Shown: piece after piece, positions 55,324-64,000 of the stretch
Position numbering within the stretch: position 1 is the first letter of the stretch
How the letters are laid out: each line of letters starts with the position of its first letter
Assembly: GCA_964016885.1 (NCBI GenBank)
Contig: OZ024755.1
Location: 33,604,001 to 33,668,000, forward strand
DNA: 64,000 bases
Direction: 5' to 3'
Origin: Eledone cirrhosa
Lineage: Eukaryota
Translations under genes and position numbers: made by a program
The notes under the pieces: generated by a model
Databases searched by the model: none
What the model saw: the letters and a program-made list of their open reading frames with translations, nothing else
Told to the model about the DNA's origin: nothing

Positions 55324-55466
55324 ATATATTTATTGTATAGAAGGAGCTTCTACAGGACTAGTACTGTTTCATTCAGATGAAATCTTCAGGAAGCAGCTTC
55401 CTGAAGATTTCATCTGAATGAAACAGTACTAGTCCTGTAGAAGCTCCTTCTATACAATAAATATAT
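55324..55466. ncRNA. Perfect 71-bp-arm palindrome encoding a hammerhead ribozyme on each strand
   Basis: Plus 55395-55445: AGCTTC CTGAAGA T TTC atct GAA T GAA ACAG tactagtc CTGT A GAAGCT; mirror image on the minus strand; centre at 55395. Confidence 0.72.
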
Positions 55467-56499
55467 ATATATATATATACAAACATCCACATGAATATGT
55501 GGATGTATGTATATGTGAAACCCTTTCAGTGTTATTCTTTATGGTTATTCCAATAATTTATCTGGTATTTGTGGAGGAGTTTTTGAATGCTAACCTGCCT
55601 TAGTATTTTAGTGTTTAGTTTCATTAAATAGTTTTTCCCTGTTGATATTTATCCATTTTCCTCTGGCCTTTCACTGTGTTGATCTCACAGCAAGCTTAAT
55701 GTCACTATAATTTTATGGTGAATGTCATGAATAGATAGAAAAAACCTGCAACTGACCAAGCTGACAGGGAAAGCAGTCAGACTAACAGCTAGAGACTTAC
55801 AGATTATATGTTTACTGCTTGTGAACCAAAGTCCATAATGTTGGTTTCACATGAGCCTCTACATGGACACTTAGCCTATTAGAAACAGCACCAATATCTT
55901 CGTTAAATCACATCCCACTGTTATAGAAAGGGAACAATATAATATTTAAAATGTGGAAAGAGATATAAGGCGAAACAATGCAAAATAGATGGTAAGATGG
56001 AGGTAATGAAAAATCTTTCAGAGAACAATCTTCCGGTTTTTTCTCTTTGGGATTAAATAAAATAAGGAACTTTCGGAGAACAATGTTCTGATTTCTTTAC
56101 GTTGGCATTAAATTTAAACAGAACAGTTTACTCAGCTGTAGAAATGAGATGATAGGGACTGGGGTCCCTATCATTCCACTGCAAAGTGGTCGTGGAGGTG
56201 CCACGGCAAAAAAGCACCCAGCACTCACCATAAATGAGGTGGGTGTTAGGAAGGGCATCCAGCTGTAGAAATCAAGCCAGAATCAGTTCCCGTCCCACCC
56301 TTGCAAGCAGGGAAAAGTGGACGTAAAATGAAATGATGATGATGATGATGACAACAATGATGATGATAATGATGTTGATGATGATGATTATAATGGTGTG
56401 TTTCAATTTGTTTAATTTCTGATTATCATAATGTATTTTACTCCTAGATATGTACATGGCCCGTCACAGTATTCTTTTTTGGAATGCTTATTTAATAAA

Positions 56500-56642
56500 C
56501 AGCAAGACATCAAAAGCATTCCCACAGACGATGGCCAGTGACACCCACTGCAACAGCCACCCAACCTCGCGGGCTCCCTCTTCAGACAGGCTATCGGCCC
56601 TTCGATCTTGTGGAGGAGCTTGGCAGTACGAAGTCCAAGTAC
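56500..56642 (-). mobile_element. CRE-like 3' fragment flanked by a ~45-bp imperfect direct repeat
   Basis: VLGLRTAKLLHKI...GWLLQWVSLAIVCGNAFDVL; TCCTAGATATGTA.ATGGCCC.TCAC at ~56441 and ~56645. Confidence 0.7.
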
Positions 56643-56971
56643 ATTCCTAGATATGTATATGGCCCTTCACTGGATTCTTTCTTAGAATGTTTCATCATCA
56701 TCACCATTTTACGTCCATTCTTCCATGCTAGCATGGGTTAGACGGGTTGTCCTGTTGTGGGCAGTGTCTGGTCGGCTGACCATGCCTTGCTCATACAGGA
56801 ACTGATTTTGGCTGATTTCTACAGCTAGATGCCCTTCTTAACACCAACCTCATTTACAGTGAGTGCTGGGTACTTTTTTGCACCTCCATGACCACTTTGC
56901 AGTGAGAGGGTGTGGGGGCAGTAAACTAAATGATACAGTGAGTATAAACCTCGTTACATATTGTTAGAAAA

Positions 56972-57549
56972 TAATTGTTTCCACTTTTGGCACAAGGCCA
57001 GCAATGATCCCAGTGAATTACGGTACTTTAAAGGGATGAAAGGCAAAGTTAAATTCGGCGGGATTTGAACTGAAACCGCAAAGGGCCTTAACTCTATTCT
57101 GCAAAGCATGACATCCAACCCTCTACCGATACTGCCAATCCACCGTTAGTTAGGAAATAATTGTTTCTACTTTAGGCACAAGGCCAGCAATTACCCAGTA
57201 CATTACTGGTACTTTCTTTTATCGACCCCGTAAGGATGAAAGGCAAAGTTAACCTCGGCGGGATTTGAACTCAGACTGTAAAGGGACGTAACTATGCTAG
57301 AAAACATGGCGTCCAACCCTCTACCGATACTGCTAATTCACCGCCATTAGTTAGGAAATAATTGTTTCTACTATTGGCACAAGGCCAGCAATTACCCAGT
57401 ACATTACTGGTACTTTATTTTATCGACCCCGTAAGGATGAAAGGCAGAGTTAACCTCGGCGGGATTAGAACTCAGAATGGCAAGAGCCATAACTCTATGC
57501 GTCAAAGCATGGCGTCTGAACCTCTACCGATACTGCCAATCCACCGCCA
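56972..57549 (-). mobile_element. Three tandem family A SINEs sharing the spacer TTAGTTAGGAAATAA
   Basis: Direct reading; suggests tandem duplication of SINE plus flank. Confidence 0.85.
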
Positions 57550-58009
57550 TTAGTTAGGAAATAATGTTTACGAACATGGATCAATTCTAGTACTTTGTAT
57601 ACATCCAAGTTATAATTAGAGATCAAATTGACCAACAGATTGTGTATATTGTAAATATATATTCTAAAGATTAAGTAAATAGTCCAGAAAATTATTATTT
57701 TATTAACAACTCATCTTATTTATTCAGTCAATCAATACTAATAGATTGTGAGATCAAATACTTCAATTTTCTGCTTGAAATTTCATAATAAACTGACATA
57801 ATCAATTGATGGTGAGTCTTATTGATTTCAGATCAAGGGGAGAAAATAGTAGTATTGTTCATCCTTCTCACAAAGTCATTAACATCTTAAGTAATCTCTG
57901 ATCATTCTTAAAAGTTAAATAAACCTGAAACATAATTTATGTATTTATTTAATCAATCTAAATATCTTTATGCCATGATAGTGGGGCTGATATCTAATAC
58001 CCTTTACAA

Positions 58010-58106
58010 TTAACCCTTTACATGTAAGACGAGTTACCTCGTCTGTGACACTGAAATACATACATGTTAGGATGAGTTATCTCATCCACGGCACTGAAGA
58101 GGTTAA
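58010..58106. mobile_element. Short piggyBac-like MITE (second family)
   Basis: TTAACCCTTT...GAAGAGGTTAA with two internal GACGAG/CTCGTC-type hairpins. Confidence 0.5.
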
Positions 58107-58837
58107 GACAGACTTTAGACTTTTAGACAGAAACAGTAAAGTCTCTACATTCTGATTGTAAATGTGGAGGAACTAAACACATTTTATGCCGAAGCAGATT
58201 TTGCCTTTTGGTGTGATAATAGATAGATTAAGTACTAGTTATTTTATTTAATGAACTGTATCCATTTCTTTAAAATGTACCAGCCTTGTGCCAAGCGAGA
58301 AATCAATATTTATAAATTTCCAAAGATGATATTTTATATTATTATTTTTATCGTTGTTGCAGTAATCCCTGAGTAATAAAATTTTCAGAACAAAGTATAG
58401 CAAGATAAAGGCTACGATTGTATAATTTCTATTTGCTTCCATTCGTTTAACCTTAAACATAACCTGTGACCTGCTTATAGAAGTATTGTAAAATTTTAGA
58501 TAATGTTTTGGAAATACGGAAGCAACTTCACAAACGTAAAGAATTTGTAACAGCAATTACTTGCTTCGTTATTTATTTTTACTGTGAGTTCTACATCATT
58601 AAGTAGTAAAATAAACAAGAAATATATTGAGTATGTATATTTGCGAGTGTATATATGTGTGTGAATGTGTGCATCTATATATATGTGTGCATCTGTATAT
58701 TTGTGACTTTCAGTGCATCTATATATGCATGTGTACAGTTAGTTGAGACTGTGTGTGCATATATATATATATATATACATGTGTACAGTTATTTGTAACT
58801 ATGAGTACATAAATGTGTATAGTTATTTGAGAATGTG

Positions 58838-59349
<512 letters not shown>

Positions 59350-59613
59350 TGTGTGCAGTTATCTGTGACTGTATGCATATTTATATATATATATATATAG
59401 GAAAATGTTTAACCCCGACGGCAGAGCTCAAGCCGTTTCGACGGCTATTTCTGGATTAAATTAGAATTTTTAGCGTGGTAAATAAATAGCCCAAAGGGCT
59501 ATTTATTTATCACGTTTATTTACTACATTTTCCTATTACCCACTCTACTACCCTAAGTATTGAGTACTCTGGTGCGTTATGGTCCATATGGTTCCTTACC
59601 ACACTTCCTTCAT

Positions 59614-59654
<41 letters not shown>

Positions 59655-60131
59655 ATGTGTACAGAGACTAGTGACAATGTGCATATATATATATATATGC
59701 ATGTGTGCAGTTATTTGGAACTATGAATGCATGTATATATGCATGTGTACAGTTTCTTGTGGCTGTGTGGCTACACATACAGATGTAAACGAATGTATAC
59801 AGTTACCTGTGACACTGTATGTGTGAGTATAAGTATATATTACACCCAGAGTGTCTTCAACAAATTACAGAGTTAACTGGCATAAATGTAGAGTAGTGCT
59901 ATTGCAAATTAATATAATAAAACAACAACACACAACTTGTACTGTAAATTTCAGTAACAACAAGATGTAATTGCAGTTTTGGAAATTTTCAACAGAATAA
60001 AAGTAAATAAAGCATTGTTTTTCAATTTTTGTTTCATTCTTCAGTATACTCACACAAATTTTGTTAAACAAGTATTTAAATGTTCTCAACAGAATATAGT
60101 TTACATTTGAATATATATATATAGGTTATAG

Positions 60132-60178
<47 letters not shown>

Positions 60179-60257
60179 GATAAGCAGAACAAGTAAAATT
60201 CAATCAATTTTTCAAAATACATTAAAAAATATAATATAAATATTTACCTCTTCTAGT

Positions 60258-60340
60258 GGCCCTTACTGATCAGTTTCGCTTTGTAAAACCTCATAAATCC
60301 GATGGATTTATGATGGAAAACCAAAGCTCATCAGAGAAGC
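60258..60340 (-). ncRNA. Type I hammerhead ribozyme with a long stem II
   Basis: GCTTCT CTGATGA GCTTTG...TCATAAATCC atc GGATTTATGA...CAAAGC GAAAC tgatca GT A AGGGC; canonical core, GUA triplet, palindromic stem III. Confidence 0.75.
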
Positions 60341-60630
60341 ATTTTCCCTTCCTAGGGCTAAACGTCCCAGGAACGACAAAATATACAACCTCCTGCCAGC
60401 TAATAAAGGTCTTATATATATATATATACTGTAGAAAACCCGCCAGACAGTCCTATGCGAGCAAGACAACCACTCTTGCCTCAAGTGGGAAAACCCCCGT
60501 CCAAACCCATGCAAGCGTGGAACACGGACGCTAAACCTGATGATGATGATGATGATGATGATGATATATATTTATGTATGTATGTATGTATATATATATA
60601 TATATTTATGTATGTATGTATATATATATG

Positions 60631-60677
<47 letters not shown>

Positions 60678-60678
60678 G

Positions 60679-60731
<53 letters not shown>

Positions 60732-60750
60732 ATATGTATGTATATATATG

Positions 60751-60781
<31 letters not shown>

Positions 60782-60861
60782 ATATATATGTATATATATG
60801 TGTATATATATATATATATGTAAGTATGTATGTATACGTACATACATATATATAAGGTATA

Positions 60862-60902
60862 CGGTGCTGACGATAGCTAATAAGCTTGAAACTAGTACAT
60901 AG
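60862..60902 (+). ncRNA. Minimal type I hammerhead motif
   Basis: GTG CTGACGA T AGCT aata AGCT T GAAAC ta GT A CAT; palindromic ACTAGT stem III, adjacent to (TA)n. Confidence 0.65.
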
Positions 60903-61579
60903 TTCCTGTGTCAGTGTTGAACAAAAAGGTGACGTGGTTGCCTAAACACTGTACGGCGTAATTCAGGCTGTTCGTTTGTTTACAAACGAACAAACCGAGC
61001 ATTATAATAAATGTTCGGTAAACTGATACGTGCATATATATATGTGTGCCTGTATGTATATATATACATGCTACTGTACGTCTGTATACATATATGTATG
61101 TACGTATACATACATACTTACATTTAAGTAAGTGCCGTACTAAGAGTGAGAAATGAAATTTCGTTTCATTCTATTCCATTTATCATCATCATCATCATCA
61201 TCAACGTTTAACGTCCGTGTTCCACGCTTGCATGGGTTTGGACGGGGGTAGTCCCACTTGAGGCAAGAGTGATTGTCTTGCTCGCATAGGACTGTCTGGC
61301 AGGTTTTCTACAGTTGGATGCCCTTCCTAACACCAACCACATTTACAGTGTGGGTCTGGGAGGTTTTTACCGTGTTGCCTACACGGCCACATTACAGCGT
61401 GGACTGTGTGTTTTTTTGTCGTGACACCTACACGATCTCATTTGTTTCGGCCTGGATGGCGCGGCACCAACATAACTTTACATAGAACTGGGTGGTGTGG
61501 ATGGGGTGGGGGTGGTGGTGGTGGGACGGGGTGTATTTTGTTAGAGATGCCTACTGGCTGGAGTAGGTTTTACTATATA

Positions 61580-62370
61580 TTTAGGTAAGGCGGGTCTTCT
61601 CTGTTACTGAGTACCGCCAAAGGTCTCGGTCCAGTGTCATTGTCTTGGAGAGGTGTAAGTGTGTGAGGTCGGAGTTTATCAGCTCGTCCCAGGTTTTTCT
61701 AGGTCTGCCTATTCCGTGGCTACCGTCTATCTTTATTGCCCTGCACTTTGTTATACAGCTATCGACTTTCATGCGCATCACGTGTCCATACCAACGTAGC
61801 CTTCTCTCGAGTAACAACATCTGATCCCTCTTATCTCTAATTTTTTCCTTAGTTCGTTTATGCTTTGCCGTTCACGTATATTACTGTTACACATCCAGCG
61901 GAGCATGCAAGCTTCGTTCCTCTCTAATCTGCGTATATCCTCTGCACACAATGCCCAGGTCTCACTGCCATGCAACATTGCTGTTCGTATGCAGGCATCG
62001 TACAACCTGCCTTTCATTTTTAGGGAGAACCCTTTAGCGGCTAATAGTTGTATAAGCTCTCTGAACTTTTTCCATCCAGTTCTGACTCTAGCTACAGTAC
62101 TTTCAGAGCACCCTCCCCCACTGCTGATTTTATCGCCCAGGTAACGGAAGCTGTCCACTATTTCTATAGAACCCTCTGCGCAATTGAAAGAGCTAGTATT
62201 TTGTGGGCACTTGCTGCTACTTATTGCACCAGAACACCGGCCACATGTAAAATCTATGTTCTTAGTTAGCTTACCTGTGATCCCACTACATCTTTTATGC
62301 ACCCATACTTTGCATTTAGGACATAAAATGGAGTTTCTACCTACGCCATTCCTACACACCGAGCACGACC
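61580..62370 (-). mobile_element. RTE LINE C-terminal fragment (PHD-like Cys cluster plus thumb region)
   Basis: CRNGVGRNSILCPKCKVWVHKRCSG...FRYLGDKI...MLHGSETW...RRLRWYGHV...GRPRKTW. Confidence 0.9.
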
Positions 62371-62553
62371 ATTATATATATATATATATATATGTACATA
62401 TATATATATATGTATATATATATGTATATATATATATCACGACAAATTAAGGGAGGCATAGGCCCTCGCTATTCCCTGTAAATAATGTGCTCAAAGGAGA
62501 AGAGATCCTGAGCTCTTTAAAATACAATATGTTGAGTGTGTTACCTTCTCAAC

Positions 62554-62589
<36 letters not shown>

Positions 62590-62627
62590 TATATATATAT
62601 ATATGTATATATGTACATATGAACATA

Positions 62628-62695
<68 letters not shown>

Positions 62696-63106
62696 AATAT
62701 ATATATGAATATACATACATGTTAGCAAGTTTGAGTATGAGTGAGTTTGTATACATGCGTGTGTATAGATGTATAGAGTGCCTTTATATAAGATAATTGT
62801 TTCTACTTTAGGCACAAGGTGAGCAATTATCCCAGTGTATTACTGGTACTTTATTTTATCGACCCCGTAAGGATGAAAGGCAAAGCTAACCCCAGACCGT
62901 AAAGGGCCGTAACTCTTTGCTGCAAAGCACGGCAGATAATGTGAGTTAAAGAGCTGAGGCAAGTTACATATACACATATAAATATGTGACTATATACATG
63001 TGTCTAACTGTATATATACATATACACCTTCTGTCCACTCACATGCATTTAACTTTAAACAGATCAGTCTAATCCCATACATACATACATATATATATAT
63101 ATACAG

Positions 63107-63727
63107 GTGGGTGCTATAGAAGTGGTTGATAGCTTCCGGTACCTAGGTGATCAGATTAGCATGGGAGGGGCATGTTACGAGGCCATAGTATCTAGAATAA
63201 GGACGGGTTGGAAGAAGTTTAGGGAGCTGCTTCCTTTGTAGACAAACAAGGGTTTCTCCTTGCGTACAAAAGGCTGGTTATATGATGCCTGTGTGAGATG
63301 CGTAAGGCTGCATGGCAGCAACTATGGAGGATATGAAACAAGCATGCTCCGTTGGATGTGCAATGTCAATGTACGTGAATGACCAAGCATAGACGAGTTG
63401 AGAGAGAAACTGGGTGTAAGAGGGATAGGCTGTAGTGTGTGGGAGAGAAGACTGTGATGGTATGGACATGTGATGCACATGGAGGATGACCGCTGGGTAA
63501 AGAAGTGCCAAGAGATCCCAGTATAAGGAAGAGGCAGTAGAGGAAGACCACGAAAAACATGGGCGGAGGTGGTGAGAGCTGACCTCAGATCGCTGAAACT
63601 CACGGTGGAGATGACGAAGGACCGTGACAAGTGGAAAGACGCTGTGCTGTGCTGAATAGGACCCGTCCCACCCTTGCAAGCAGGGAAAAGCGGACGTAAA
63701 ATGATGATGATGATGATGATGATGATG
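63107..63727 (+). mobile_element. RTE LINE 3' fragment with complete tail
   Basis: IEVVDSFRYLGDQISMGG...RGRPRKTWAEVVRADL; ends CCCGTCCCACCCTTGCAAGCAGGGAAAAGCGGACGTAAAA(TGA)n. Confidence 0.9.
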
Positions 63728-63823
63728 ATACATACAGACATCTTATATTATCAAATTATATATATATATATATATACATATATATATGTATAAGTATATA
63801 TATGTATATATATATAATATATC

Positions 63824-63866
<43 letters not shown>

Positions 63867-64000
63867 AATATTGTGTACAGTGCTTAGGTGCACTACAACT
63901 CATCAAAAAGTGTATGTATAGTACATAGGGTAATGTACAAACGTCAGGAAAATGAACAGTGCATGAGTCATGATATACACATGCGTGCATGTGTATGGAA

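Noticed and set aside
60925-61000. TGACGT, X-box-like GTTGCCTAAACAC and TGTTTAC motif cluster as a host promoter
   Set aside because: Lies in the hammerhead-bearing TA-flanked module and no linked exon was found; more likely repeat-derived

Overview
AT-rich, repeat-saturated eukaryotic DNA that is intronic or intergenic. The SINE families, RTE LINEs and (TA)n/(TATG)n tracts point to an octopod cephalopod; this is inference from repeat recognition. I can recognise no complete host gene. Almost every long ORF in the supplied track is a microsatellite or minisatellite artefact or a decayed transposon piece. The window holds two tRNA-derived SINE families, several RTE-type LINE fragments, five CRE-like (RLE) 3' fragments, R4/Dong and hAT (Buster/Charlie) fossils, piggyBac-, Tc1- and hAT-type MITEs, and a Helitron whose empty target site is also present. 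Several minisatellites grew out of TE interiors. The most notable signal is a set of type I hammerhead-ribozyme motifs, mostly at 50-61 kb, in short modules embedded in (TA)n tracts. One lies directly downstream of a Penelope-like endonuclease C-terminus and two are mirrored in long palindromes. A promoter-like patch near 1.5 kb and a few candidate exons are reported at low confidence. Coordinates of decayed repeats are approximate.
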